Source: Gammaproteobacteria bacterium
GTDB lineage: Bacteria; Pseudomonadota; Gammaproteobacteria; GCA-001735895
DNA: 64,000 bases
NCBI GenBank assembly: GCA_050291745.1
Contig: JBNKKI010000127.1
Span: 1,115-65,114 of the forward strand
Direction of reading: 5' to 3'
Part shown: positions 29,531 through 39,820 of the stretch, piece after piece
Layout: the number at the start of each line of letters is the position of its first letter
Position numbering within the stretch: position 1 is the stretch's first letter
The notes under the pieces: model-generated
What the model saw: only the letters and a program-made list of their open reading frames with translations
Told to the model about the DNA's origin: nothing
Databases searched by the model: none
Position numbers and translations under genes: made by a program

Positions 29531-29794
29531 TTACTTACAGCTTGGGCATCCACCGCTAGCACAGCTATGGGAGGAAGAACTTGCTCCACTATCAGCAATA
29601 TTCTTTTTATTACCAGATTTAAAATCAGTTTCATACCAGCCAGATCCACTTAAACGAAAACTTGGCGCAGATATTTTCTTAATTAGATCTGGTTTGCCAC
29701 AAACTGGGCAATCTATTAATGGGGCATCACTCATTTTTTGCAAAGCATCATGAGTGTTATTGCAGGATTGACAGATATACTCGTAAATAGGCAT
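29531..29794 (-). CDS. FmdB-family zinc-ribbon protein
   Basis: MPIYEYICQSCN...CPVCG motif with a Cys-containing C-terminal tail. Confidence 0.75.
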   Translation of the reverse strand: MPIYEYICQSCNNTHDALQKMSDAPLIDCPVCGKPDLIKKISAPSFRLSGSGWYETDFKSGNKKNIADSGASSSSHSCASGGCPSCK

Positions 29795-29868
29795 AAGGTT
29801 TTCCGGTTATTCATTCACTTTAAATATGAGACTTCTATAATATAGGTTCTTTTTATTATATTCCAACT

Positions 29869-30714
29869 ATGAAATCAAAAACTATACTGATTACCGGTTG
29901 CTCTACCGGTATTGGATACTGTGTTGCTCACGGCTTACATCAACGTGGACATAAAGTTATAGCCAGTTGCCGTAGTCAACAGGATGTTGAACGCTTACAG
30001 CAGGAAGGCTTAAATTGCATTCAACTGGATTTAACCGACTCAAATTCTATCCACAATGCAACTCAACAGTGTCTTGAATTAACCCATGGAAAACTTGATG
30101 CTCTTTTTAATAACGGAGCCTATGGCTTAGCTGGTGCGGTTGAAGATCTTTCTCGTGCAGCGATTCGGCATCAATTTGAAACTAATGTATTTGGCTGGCT
30201 TGAACTGACCAATCTCATTTTACCTGTTATGCGCAAGCAGCAAAGTGGTCGAATTATTCAAAACAGTTCTGTGCTCGGTTTAGTTAGTATGCCCTATCGA
30301 GGAGCATATTCTGCCAGCAAATATGCTATAGAAGGCTTAACAGATACCTTACGACTGGAATTAGCGCATACTCAAATAAAGGTTTCGCTGATTGAGCCGG
30401 GACCAATTGAGAGCAAATTCCGGCAAAATGCTGAAAAAGCTTTTCATAAATTTATCAAACGCGAAGGTAGTGCGCATGAAATCAGTTATCATGCCATGGA
30501 GCAACGGCTGCAAAAAAATGGACATGCCAGCAGATTCACATTACCTGCTGAAGCTGTGTTAGATAAAGTTATTCATGCTTTGGAGAGTGAGCGTCCAAAA
30601 GTGCGTTATTACGTGACTTTTCCCACTTATTTGTTTGCTTACTTAAAAAGAATTTTATCCAGCCGGGCTATAGATAAATTAATGTTAGCCGTATCCGGTG
30701 GTGGTAAACGATGA
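29869..30714 (+). CDS. SDR-family oxidoreductase
   Basis: TGCSTGIG cofactor motif, NNGA, and the catalytic YSASK. Confidence 0.85.
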   Translation: MKSKTILITGCSTGIGYCVAHGLHQRGHKVIASCRSQQDVERLQQEGLNCIQLDLTDSNSIHNATQQCLELTHGKLDALFNNGAYGLAGAVEDLSRAAIRHQFETNVFGWLELTNLILPVMRKQQSGRIIQNSSVLGLVSMPYRGAYSASKYAIEGLTDTLRLELAHTQIKVSLIEPGPIESKFRQNAEKAFHKFIKREGSAHEISYHAMEQRLQKNGHASRFTLPAEAVLDKVIHALESERPKVRYYVTFPTYLFAYLKRILSSRAIDKLMLAVSGGGKR

Positions 30715-31520
30715 ATACAGATAAAATTCAAGCAATGAATAGTAAAGAACATCAGAAACATGATTCTACTTCCCATCGGGATATTATCATTCGACAGAAA
30801 CAGGAAATTCTACAACTGGTATTCGCAACGGAACCTGATGCTATTCAATCTGCAGTGAATACACTCTGCCCGCAAAATCTGGTAATGACTAATCTGCAGT
30901 ACCTGATGGGGATCTTAGTTTTCATACCGCCTCCGCAAAAAATTCTATTACTCGGTGTCGGGGCCGGTTCTCTTATTCATTTTTTCAGGCACTATTTACC
31001 GCAGAGTAATATCACTGGAGTAGATATTGATGAAGAGTTAATTCACCTGGCTCAAGCACAAATGATGCTGCCAAAAGCAGGAGAGAAGCTTGAATTTATA
31101 ATTAATGATGCACAAAAATTTATGGCTGAATGCTCACACCAGTATGACCTGATCGTGGTTGATATATTTGATGGTAGCCAGTCACCAGACAATATTCTGG
31201 CCAAAGAATTTACTGACCTGGTAAAGAGTTGCTTATCTGAAAAAGGTGCAGTAGCTTATAATTTGCTCATCAACAGTGAAACCGTATTCAGTTCTTTTTA
31301 TAAGCTTTTAAGGCGAACATATCAAAATCAGACTCTCTGCCTGGAAACTGAAGAATATGAAAATATTTTATTGTATGCACTGAATTTCAAATCCAGAAAT
31401 AGCTCAATGATGGATAATCTGCAGCTGGCTATGGAAATTCAGGATCAATATCAATTGCCTATGACTGAAATTTTATCAACTATCTATGACATCAACCCGA
31501 TAGATTCAGGCATTATCTAG
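30711..31520 (+). CDS. class I SAM-dependent methyltransferase / spermidine-synthase-like protein
   Basis: LLLGVGAGSL motif I and DLIVVDIFDG. The start overlaps the SDR stop (ATGA). Confidence 0.6.
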   Translation: MNTDKIQAMNSKEHQKHDSTSHRDIIIRQKQEILQLVFATEPDAIQSAVNTLCPQNLVMTNLQYLMGILVFIPPPQKILLLGVGAGSLIHFFRHYLPQSNITGVDIDEELIHLAQAQMMLPKAGEKLEFIINDAQKFMAECSHQYDLIVVDIFDGSQSPDNILAKEFTDLVKSCLSEKGAVAYNLLINSETVFSSFYKLLRRTYQNQTLCLETEEYENILLYALNFKSRNSSMMDNLQLAMEIQDQYQLPMTEILSTIYDINPIDSGII

Positions 31521-31539
31521 CAGAACAGCGAAAACCGGT

Positions 31540-31848
31540 TTACCTGCCACCACCTTCACATAAAGGAGAATCAGGTACCTTACCGGCTTTTTCAAACCAC
31601 TCATTATTGGATAAAGTATGTAAAGCCAAAGCATGAATCTGTTTTAACTCTTCCTGTAAAACCTGATTCACCAGGCGATGTCGCTTTATCAGCATCAACC
31701 CGTTAAATGCTTCTGATACGACTGTCACTTTAAAGTGTGATTCAGAATCAGCAGGCACATTATGCATGTGCGTTTCATTTTCCACAGCTAGAAAGTGTGG
31801 ATTAAGTGCTGCCTCAAGTTTTTGTTTAATTATCTGTTGAATACTCAT
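31540..31848 (-). CDS. BolA-family protein
   Basis: ENETHMHNVP...SHFKVTVVSEAFNG...RHRLVN motifs. The ATG overlaps the stop of the upstream kinase by 4 nt. Confidence 0.75.
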   Translation of the reverse strand: MSIQQIIKQKLEAALNPHFLAVENETHMHNVPADSESHFKVTVVSEAFNGLMLIKRHRLVNQVLQEELKQIHALALHTLSNNEWFEKAGKVPDSPLCEGGGR

Positions 31849-34271
31849 TTTTTCAGTAATAATTTTATGTCATCACGAACATCTTTCATCGTTTGATAGC
31901 GTTGCTCCATATCAACAGCCATCATTTTTTGTACTAGCATACTAACATCAGATGATATGCCTTTATCAACACGATCTAAAGGGGTAGCTTTACCTTCGAT
32001 ATGTTGAAAAAGCAGAGATATCGGTTCACCTTTATAAGGTAAGCCACCATTAAACATATTATAAGCAATGATACCCAATGCATAAATATCTGATTGAGCT
32101 CCTGCTTCCAGACCTTTCGCTCTCTCAGGTGACAGGTAAGCGGGTGTACCGATAATCATGCCTGTTTTAGTCAGAGTCATTTCATTCTCTGAATTAGCTG
32201 AGGCAATACCAAAATCAACCACCTTGGCATGATTGCTATCATTGATCAGAATATTACTTGGCTTTAAATCACGATGTATAACATTCTGCTGGTGGGCTGC
32301 CCACATACCATCACTCACCTGATATAAAATTTCCAGCGAAAGCCTTTCAGTTGTTAAAAGATTATTTTTGATCAGATAGTCTAAGCCTCTACTGACAAAA
32401 TATTCCATTGAAATTGCAGACATTCCATCTTTCACTAAAAAATCATGAATACGAATAACATTTTGATGACTGATCTTTCGAGCATATTTTAATTCGCGTA
32501 AAAAACGCTCGCGAGCTTTTATATCTGCTGTCAACTCGGGGTGCATAAACTTAAGAATCAGTGTTTCACCTACAGTTTCATCATTGACCAGCATGACTCG
32601 TCCCATTGCACCACGACCAATCTCCTCTTTCACCAGGTAGCGGTCCAGCCAGTAATCCCCCGGTTTTAACTCTTCAATATTTTGATAACTGATGACTTCA
32701 GTCTTATCAACTGCTACAACCTGTGTTTTATCCTGCTCATCCAGTAGGATTTGCTGGGAAGCTTTATCCTCATTTTCTGCGATTTTTACTAATCTGGTTT
32801 CAAACAGATTATCTTCATCAAGATCAAGTTTCGGCAGATTGAATTTAACCGTTATTTCATTAATCACTTCATGTGCAGTATCCCGCACTGTTGCCTGCAA
32901 TTTTGGAACAAGACTAACAATACCATCACGTACCTTATTGGCATGCTTCTCATTAACGATTATGCAGGTAGTTAATAAAGCTTCCCGTTGAACGGCTGCT
33001 TCTTGTTTCCTGAGACATTTGGATGTGATTTCAAGCCCTTTACTAAAGCCAAGTTGAGCGACTGCCTTTAATACAGCAATAGAAGATTCTGGTTTAACAT
33101 CTATAACCTGATCCAATAAAGCTAATGCAGATTTATTACCTGACAGACCTATCTGTTTTATCGATCTTTCACGTATTTGCCAGTCATCATTAAAGATTGA
33201 TCTGGATATCCCAGTTATATCACCAGTCGAAGATGAATGGTCTGCTACAAATTGCTCTGCTGAAGTTCGCACAAATTCATTTTTATGCTGTAGTAAATTT
33301 AATGCGGCTGAATTTAATTTATTATTCGCTATGCCAAGCAAACTATTAATTGCCTGTTCCTTTCCCCACCATTCATATTGATCCAGTGCTATGAGTAATT
33401 CTTCCAGACTTTCAGTAGTGACATATTGAATAACGACCAGGCTGGCCTGCTGACGAAATAAATCATTTTTACTGGTCAGTAAATCAGATAATGCTGGTAA
33501 AGTCTCTTCAGTCGCGTGAGCCCGTAAAATTTCAAAGGCTGATTGCGCATCTTCTTCGCGCATTTCAGGAATGTATCTCACCAATGGAGCAGGATTGAAT
33601 ACTACATTAATTTTCTTCAGGTTTTTTAGTGCTTCAATAACAATTATTTTTGAACTATCCCCCAGAAACTCTGCAAGCATGTCTGCAGCCTGGGGCTGAT
33701 TAACAATACCTAAAAAGCGAATCAGCATTATTTTAATTTCGGGGTATTCAATACTGGCAATATCGATACTTAAAGATGACATATCAGTCCGGGCAGCATT
33801 TGCCCTGGCGATATCAAACAATCTACCAGCATAACCTTTATCCAGTTTCAGCGCATTTTTTACAAATAGTTCTGGTGGCAGGTTTTTCTGTTGAAGTTCC
33901 AGAATATCAATAATTTCTGATTTTGATACCGATGTTTCCTGTAACCTTTGAAAAAGCTTACTGGGATTAATTTGTTGAGAATTACCCAGAATTGATTTAG
34001 TTGCCAGACGTAATTGAGTGACATCACTTTCCAGATTATTAAGAAATCGATCTTCTGAGTCGCGATTTATCTCATTAGCGCAAATTGACTTTAATACATC
34101 GCTATGAGGTTTTGGTGTTTTCGGAATTATCTCGAGAATTTTTTCCAGCGAATCCTTAGCTGAAGCCTTAATTTTATTGATCAACGCCTCACCTTGCGGA
34201 CTATCGAGATCCTTACAAGCCAGAAATTGTTTTAAAGAACGCCTAAAAAGAAGATTGGAAAATACTGCCAT
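31845..34271 (-). CDS. Ser/Thr protein kinase with a long N-terminal HEAT/armadillo-like helical repeat region
   Basis: C-terminal Hanks kinase domain with GRGAMGRV, HRDLKPSNILI, VDFGIA and GTPAYLSPE. About 530 aa of helical repeats precede it. No TM segment. Confidence 0.85.
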   Translation of the reverse strand: MAVFSNLLFRRSLKQFLACKDLDSPQGEALINKIKASAKDSLEKILEIIPKTPKPHSDVLKSICANEINRDSEDRFLNNLESDVTQLRLATKSILGNSQQINPSKLFQRLQETSVSKSEIIDILELQQKNLPPELFVKNALKLDKGYAGRLFDIARANAARTDMSSLSIDIASIEYPEIKIMLIRFLGIVNQPQAADMLAEFLGDSSKIIVIEALKNLKKINVVFNPAPLVRYIPEMREEDAQSAFEILRAHATEETLPALSDLLTSKNDLFRQQASLVVIQYVTTESLEELLIALDQYEWWGKEQAINSLLGIANNKLNSAALNLLQHKNEFVRTSAEQFVADHSSSTGDITGISRSIFNDDWQIRERSIKQIGLSGNKSALALLDQVIDVKPESSIAVLKAVAQLGFSKGLEITSKCLRKQEAAVQREALLTTCIIVNEKHANKVRDGIVSLVPKLQATVRDTAHEVINEITVKFNLPKLDLDEDNLFETRLVKIAENEDKASQQILLDEQDKTQVVAVDKTEVISYQNIEELKPGDYWLDRYLVKEEIGRGAMGRVMLVNDETVGETLILKFMHPELTADIKARERFLRELKYARKISHQNVIRIHDFLVKDGMSAISMEYFVSRGLDYLIKNNLLTTERLSLEILYQVSDGMWAAHQQNVIHRDLKPSNILINDSNHAKVVDFGIASANSENEMTLTKTGMIIGTPAYLSPERAKGLEAGAQSDIYALGIIAYNMFNGGLPYKGEPISLLFQHIEGKATPLDRVDKGISSDVSMLVQKMMAVDMEQRYQTMKDVRDDIKLLLKK

Positions 34272-34383
34272 GTTTTTTATTGTTTTTTCTCGAGCACTAT
34301 CATGACTGAATTATAGCCACGATAGTGTCGATAAGCCTACCTTTTTTATAAAATAGTTCTATACAAAGAACATATACCTATAA

Positions 34384-36966
34384 TTAAGCAGCCGATTTAA
34401 ATACAAATTGCCTGTTATCATCCAAATTTATATGTACTGTATCACCGGGGAGAAATTCACCGGATAATAAAGACTGGGCTAATGGATTCTCAATAGATTG
34501 CTGAATTTCACGTTTCAGTGGTCTGGCACCATATACCGGATCAAAGCCAACCATTCCTAATTCATCCAGTGCAGCATCTGAAATTTTCATCTGTAAATCA
34601 CGTTCAGCCAGTCTCACAGCCAGATGCTCAAGCTGTATACCTGCTATGACACGTATTTCTTCCTTACCTAAAGGATGGAACACCACAGTTTCATCAATTC
34701 TGTTAATGAATTCGGGTCTAAAATAGTTACCAACAGTTTGCATCACGGCCTTTTTCATAGCATCATAATTTTCTTCACCTGACATAGATTGAATCTGATC
34801 CGATCCCATATTTGAAGTCATTACAATGACTGTATTACGAAAATCCACTGTACGTCCCTGACCATCAGTCAATCGACCATCATCCAGAACCTGTAACAGA
34901 ACATTAAATACATCCGAATGTGCCTTTTCAACTTCATCCAGTAAAATTACCGAATATGGTCGACGACGAATGGCTTCGGTAAGATAGCCACCTTTTTCAT
35001 AACCGACATAGCCAGGAGGTGCCCCTACCAGACGAGCTACGCTGTGTTTTTCCATAAATTCAGACATATCGATACGTACAATTGCATCTTCTGTATCGAA
35101 CAAAAATTCAGTTAAAGCTTTGGTTAGTTCTGTTTTACCAACTCCGGTAGGCCCTAAAAACAGAAAACTACCATTGGGTCTACCGGGATCAGACAGGCCT
35201 GAGCGGGAACGTCGAATGGCATTGGAAACTGCACTCAATGCTTCTTTTTGCCCTACTACACGTTTAGCCAGTTGATCTTCCATTTTCAATAACTTTTCAC
35301 GTTCAGAACCCAGCATTTTCGATACTGGAATGCCTGTCCAGCGCGACACGACTTCGGCAACTTCTTCATCACCAACTTTATTCTTAAGCAAAGTCATATC
35401 CTGCATTTCAACATTAGCCGCCATGTCTAACTGTTTTTCCAGCTCAGGTATCCGACCATACTGTAACTCTGACATACGCCCCAGATCACCAGCGCGTTGT
35501 GCTGTCTCCAGATCCAGCCTGGCTCTTTCCAGCTCTTCCTTTATATTGGTTGATCCCTGTAAGGCCGCTTTTTCAGATATCCAGATTTCTTCAAGATCTG
35601 AAAATTCACGCTCTAATCGGGAAATTTCCTGCTGTAAAATATCCAGTCGCTTTAGCGAAGCTTCATCATTTTCTTTTTTAAGAGCTTCACGTTCAATCTT
35701 AAGCTGAATTAAGCGCCTCTCAAGACGATCCATTTCTTCCGGCTTGGAATCAATTTCCATACGAATTCGACTGGCCGCTTCATCGATCAGATCAATCGCT
35801 TTATCCGGCAATTGCCTGTCGGTAATATATCGGTGTGACAGGGTAGCAGCAGCAACAATGGCTGGATCTGTAATATCCACACCATGATGCACTTCGTAAC
35901 GTTCTTTTAATCCACGTAATATAGCCACGGTATCTTCAACTGAAGGCTCAAGTACCATGACTTTTTGAAATCGACGTTCCAGCGCAGCATCCTTCTCCAC
36001 ATATTGACGGTATTCATTTAAGGTAGTCGCTCCAATACAGTGCAATTCACCACGAGCCAGTGCCGGTTTTAGCATATTTCCGGCATCCATGGAGCCTTCC
36101 GCCTTACCTGCACCCACCATCGTATGTAATTCATCGATAAACAGGATGATTTGACCTTCCTGTTTTGATAAGTCACTCAGTACAGCTTTTAAGCGTTCTT
36201 CAAATTCCCCCCGAAATTTAGCACCGGCAATCAAAGCTCCCATGTCCAGAGATAACAGGCGTTTATGACGCATACCTTCAGGTACTTCACCATTCACTAT
36301 GCGCTGAGCCAAACCTTCTGCAATAGCCGTTTTACCTACACCGGGTTCACCGATTAATACAGGATTATTCTTGGTACGTCTCTGTAAAACCTGGACTGCA
36401 CGTCGAATTTCTTCATCTCGACCTATTACAGGGTCAAGTTTTCCCTGCTCTGCCCGTTCAGTCAGATCGACGGTATATTTTTCCAGAGCCTGACGCTGAT
36501 CTTCGGCATTCGGGTCCATCACAGCCTGTCCACCACGGACTTCCTCAATGGTTTTTTCCAGATTCTTTTTCTCTGCCCCAGAAGATTTCAGCGCATCACT
36601 TAATACACCTTTATCCTCAAAAGCGGCTAATAGAAATAGCTCGGAGGAAATATATTCATCACCCCGATTCTGAGCCATTTTATCGGATATATTCAATAAT
36701 TTACCAAGTGCATTTGATATATGCAGATCTCCCTGCGCACCTTCCACACTGGATTGTTTTTCCAGAATTTCACTTAATTGTGAGCGTAATACATTAACAT
36801 TCACACCCGCTTTCATGAGTAATGGGCGCACTGTTCCACCACGCTGATCAAGCATGGCAACCAGTACATGCACTGGCTCAATGAATTGATGGTCACGCCC
36901 TACAGCGATAGATTGAGCATCAGACAGGGCATCCTGAAATTTGCTCGTTAATCGATCCATTTTCAT
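34384..36966 (-). CDS. clpB: ATP-dependent chaperone ClpB
   Basis: Two AAA+ modules ([16 protein letters not shown]) with a middle coiled-coil domain. Confidence 0.97.
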   Translation of the reverse strand: MKMDRLTSKFQDALSDAQSIAVGRDHQFIEPVHVLVAMLDQRGGTVRPLLMKAGVNVNVLRSQLSEILEKQSSVEGAQGDLHISNALGKLLNISDKMAQNRGDEYISSELFLLAAFEDKGVLSDALKSSGAEKKNLEKTIEEVRGGQAVMDPNAEDQRQALEKYTVDLTERAEQGKLDPVIGRDEEIRRAVQVLQRRTKNNPVLIGEPGVGKTAIAEGLAQRIVNGEVPEGMRHKRLLSLDMGALIAGAKFRGEFEERLKAVLSDLSKQEGQIILFIDELHTMVGAGKAEGSMDAGNMLKPALARGELHCIGATTLNEYRQYVEKDAALERRFQKVMVLEPSVEDTVAILRGLKERYEVHHGVDITDPAIVAAATLSHRYITDRQLPDKAIDLIDEAASRIRMEIDSKPEEMDRLERRLIQLKIEREALKKENDEASLKRLDILQQEISRLEREFSDLEEIWISEKAALQGSTNIKEELERARLDLETAQRAGDLGRMSELQYGRIPELEKQLDMAANVEMQDMTLLKNKVGDEEVAEVVSRWTGIPVSKMLGSEREKLLKMEDQLAKRVVGQKEALSAVSNAIRRSRSGLSDPGRPNGSFLFLGPTGVGKTELTKALTEFLFDTEDAIVRIDMSEFMEKHSVARLVGAPPGYVGYEKGGYLTEAIRRRPYSVILLDEVEKAHSDVFNVLLQVLDDGRLTDGQGRTVDFRNTVIVMTSNMGSDQIQSMSGEENYDAMKKAVMQTVGNYFRPEFINRIDETVVFHPLGKEEIRVIAGIQLEHLAVRLAERDLQMKISDAALDELGMVGFDPVYGARPLKREIQQSIENPLAQSLLSGEFLPGDTVHINLDDNRQFVFKSAA

Positions 36967-36998
36967 GACTTTACCTCTAATAAATTTAATCTATCGAA

Positions 36999-37027
36999 TA
37001 AATAGGTTTGATTTATTTTATTTCAAT
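36999..37027 (-). promoter_or_regulatory. candidate sigma-32 (heat-shock) promoter for clpB
   Basis: The minus strand reads ATTGAAA-N14-CCTATTTA, against the consensus CTTGAAA-N13-15-CCCCATNT. It lies about 30 nt upstream of the clpB ATG. Confidence 0.35.
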
Positions 37028-37028
37028 G

Positions 37029-37832
37029 TTATTTTTTGATATAGATCAAGGAAGCCTGTCTACCTGTCATTTTTTCCCGTCTATATGAAAAAAAAAGTTC
37101 GTTCTGGGTGAAAGTACAGTACTCACCACCATAAATTGAGGTTATACCCTGGTTTTTCAATCGTATTCTGGCTATCGCATATAAATCAGCCAGGAAGTGA
37201 CCCGGTCGACTGGCTTTAAAACAACTTTCCAGTTGCCCATCAAGTTGTAAAAATACATCTCGAACCTCCATACCGACTTCAAACCGGTTAGCGCCAATGG
37301 CCGGCCCCATCCAGGCCATTAAGTCATGTGGTGCTGATTTCATAGTTGATACAGTCTGTTCCAGCACACCATTTAACAGCCCTTTCCATCCGGCATGAGA
37401 AGCGGCCACTTCACTACCCTGCCTGTTACAAAATAAGACTGGCAGGCAATCTGCAGTTAATACGACTGCGACTTTACCCATGGTGGCCGTTATCGCCGCA
37501 TCACCTTCCCGTGTACTGTCCTTATCCAGATCTATTACCCTGATACTATGTGTTTGATTAAGCCATTGAGGCTCAGCGGGTAGCTTTAATGCGCTATAAA
37601 GGCGCTGTCGATTTGTCATTACATGCTGCAAATTATCATCTACATGTGTGGCCAGATTTAAACTTGAAAAAACCTGCTCGCTGACACCACCTGTTCTCGT
37701 CGTACAGCAGGCAAATACTGTTTGCGGGGCTGGCCAGTCAGGTTGAACAAGGTTTAGAGTAGAGGACTGACTATTAGCCGATAAATCGAAATTTGTTGAC
37801 TCATTGACTGGCATCTTTCTGTAATGCCTCAA
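37029..37832 (-). CDS. pgeF: peptidoglycan editing factor PgeF (YfiH/DUF152 laccase-domain protein)
   Basis: DAAITA...LTADCLPVLF...HAGWKG motifs. The start may instead be the internal ATG at 37814. Confidence 0.85.
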   Translation of the reverse strand: MRHYRKMPVNESTNFDLSANSQSSTLNLVQPDWPAPQTVFACCTTRTGGVSEQVFSSLNLATHVDDNLQHVMTNRQRLYSALKLPAEPQWLNQTHSIRVIDLDKDSTREGDAAITATMGKVAVVLTADCLPVLFCNRQGSEVAASHAGWKGLLNGVLEQTVSTMKSAPHDLMAWMGPAIGANRFEVGMEVRDVFLQLDGQLESCFKASRPGHFLADLYAIARIRLKNQGITSIYGGEYCTFTQNELFFSYRREKMTGRQASLIYIKK

Positions 37833-38754
37833 TAAGTTGTATCAGATCAACCGGTAAATCAGCCTTGAAAGACATCGGTTCAGCTGTTATCGGATGATCA
37901 AAGCTTAATTTATATGCATGTAAAGCCTGCCGTTTAAAACTTCTTATCAACTGTTGCAGTTGATCGGAAATCCCTTTTGGTATGGCCAGCCGCTTTCCTC
38001 CATAAACCTGATCACCCAGCAGTGGATAACGGATATGTGCCATATGAACTCTGATCTGATGCGTTCGTCCTGTTTCAAGTTGCACATCGATCAAACTGTG
38101 TGAACGATATTTTTCCCGCACCTGAAAATGCGTCACTGCTGGTTTTCCATCTTCCTGAACGGCCATGCGCTTACGATCAACGGGATGGCGACCTATAGGT
38201 TCTTCTATAGTACTTCCAGCCGTTACAACACCCTGGGTAATAGCAATATACTCTCGTTTTATGTCACGAAGTTGCAGCGCTTCGACCAGTTTAGTATGTG
38301 CCTCAAGTGTTCGAGCAACCACCATCACACCAGTCGTATCTTTGTCCAGACGATGAACAATACCAGCCCGCGGAAGCTGTTCTAAATCGGGATCGAGAAA
38401 CAGTAAACCATTCAGTAAGGTACCGGAAGTATGTCCAGCTGCCGGATGAACCACCAGCCCTGCGGGCTTGTTTATCACAAAAAGATGTTCATCCTGAAAA
38501 ATAATTTCGAACTCTACTTCCTGAGGCTGGTCAAAGATTTTCGTGGTTGGCGGGATATCAAGTTGCAACACATCGCCAATGTAAACTTTAATTTTGGGTT
38601 TGGGTACCGAATTGTTAAGTAGTATAAATCCCTGCTTAATCCAGTCCTGTATTTTGCTACGAGAAAACTCGGGCAAAAAAGTACATAGGGCCTGATCCAG
38701 TCGTAAACCACTATTTTGTTCGTTAATGATATGCTTCTGCTGAATTAATTTCAT
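37801..38754 (-). CDS. rluD: 23S rRNA pseudouridine synthase RluD
   Basis: S4 domain followed by the catalytic HRLDKDTTGVMVVA and the GRTHQIRVHMAHI motif. Conserved position next to bamD and pgeF. Confidence 0.92.
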   Translation of the reverse strand: MKLIQQKHIINEQNSGLRLDQALCTFLPEFSRSKIQDWIKQGFILLNNSVPKPKIKVYIGDVLQLDIPPTTKIFDQPQEVEFEIIFQDEHLFVINKPAGLVVHPAAGHTSGTLLNGLLFLDPDLEQLPRAGIVHRLDKDTTGVMVVARTLEAHTKLVEALQLRDIKREYIAITQGVVTAGSTIEEPIGRHPVDRKRMAVQEDGKPAVTHFQVREKYRSHSLIDVQLETGRTHQIRVHMAHIRYPLLGDQVYGGKRLAIPKGISDQLQQLIRSFKRQALHAYKLSFDHPITAEPMSFKADLPVDLIQLIEALQKDASQ

Positions 38755-38793
38755 ATATTGGTATACTGCGCGTCCGAAAAAATATTACACATT

Positions 38794-39552
38794 ATGGCTA
38801 AACGAGTGAAAATCACAGCACTTATTCTATCACTACTTATCATGGTTGGCTGCTCTGGAGAGCCTTTAGACCCAACAGCAGGTTTATCAGCAGCAGAAAT
38901 TTATGCTTTAGCGAAAGACCGGATGGCTTCTTCTAACTATTTAAAAGCCATAGAACATTACGAAACCCTCGAATCCCGTTATCCCTTTGGTGTTTATGCT
39001 ACCCAGTCTCAACTGGATGTTATCTATGCTTATTATAAATACGATGAACCTGAAGCAGCAACAGCCGCCGCTGATCGTTTTATCAAACTACATCCTCGCC
39101 ATCCTGCAGTTGATTACGCCTATTACATGAAAGGATTAATTAATTTTGGTCTCAGAGATTCTATTGTTGATATGTTTTATACTCGTGATCTGGCGGATTA
39201 TGACGAATCGATCATGCAACAATCATATCAGGACTTTTCCGTACTGGTTAACCGCTTCCCGGATAGTAAATATTCATCAGATGCTGTAAAAAGAATGGTT
39301 TTTTTAAGAAATCAGCTAGCCAGAGTAGAATTAAAAATCGCTGAATTTTATTTATCCAAAAAAGCCTGGGTTGCGGCAGCCAACCGTACAAAAAATCTTT
39401 TACAAACCTATCAGGGTAGTTCTTCCATTAAACGGGCACTTCAGGTACAAATCATTGCATATCAGAATCTCGAACTGAATGATCTGGTTGAAGATACCCG
39501 CAGAATTCTGATTTATAATTACGGGGAAGATGCCGCTAACTTCTCCATTTAG
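38794..39552 (+). CDS. bamD: outer membrane protein assembly factor BamD
   Basis: Lipoprotein signal ending LLIMVGCSG, followed by TPR-like repeats. Divergent from rluD. Start placed at the internal ATG. Confidence 0.88.
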   Translation: MAKRVKITALILSLLIMVGCSGEPLDPTAGLSAAEIYALAKDRMASSNYLKAIEHYETLESRYPFGVYATQSQLDVIYAYYKYDEPEAATAAADRFIKLHPRHPAVDYAYYMKGLINFGLRDSIVDMFYTRDLADYDESIMQQSYQDFSVLVNRFPDSKYSSDAVKRMVFLRNQLARVELKIAEFYLSKKAWVAAANRTKNLLQTYQGSSSIKRALQVQIIAYQNLELNDLVEDTRRILIYNYGEDAANFSI

Positions 39553-39575
39553 CAAAACTACTTCATACAGGGTTT

Positions 39576-39820
39576 AACCTGGAATCCGCAGTTGGACGAG
39601 TTGATTGTGCGTTTTAGGTGGTGTAGATCAAGGCGTAACAACGCGGAATAACCAGCTATTCTATTCCAGGGCGTTACAACAAAGAGATACACTTGCCTCA
39701 AACCTGCAATTCAGTTCGTAGCGGGATGCACCGATTGGCTGATTATACACATCAACTGTCATGGTTTAAGAAACAGCGGGTTAACCTCTATTGCGAGCGG
39801 TCAACTGCGGAATCCAGCTT
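39576..39820 (+). mobile_element. Family-1 miniature TIR element
   Basis: Full-length copy between convergent bamD and nadE. TTAA on both flanks, and the right flank contains the nadE TAA stop. Confidence 0.8.
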
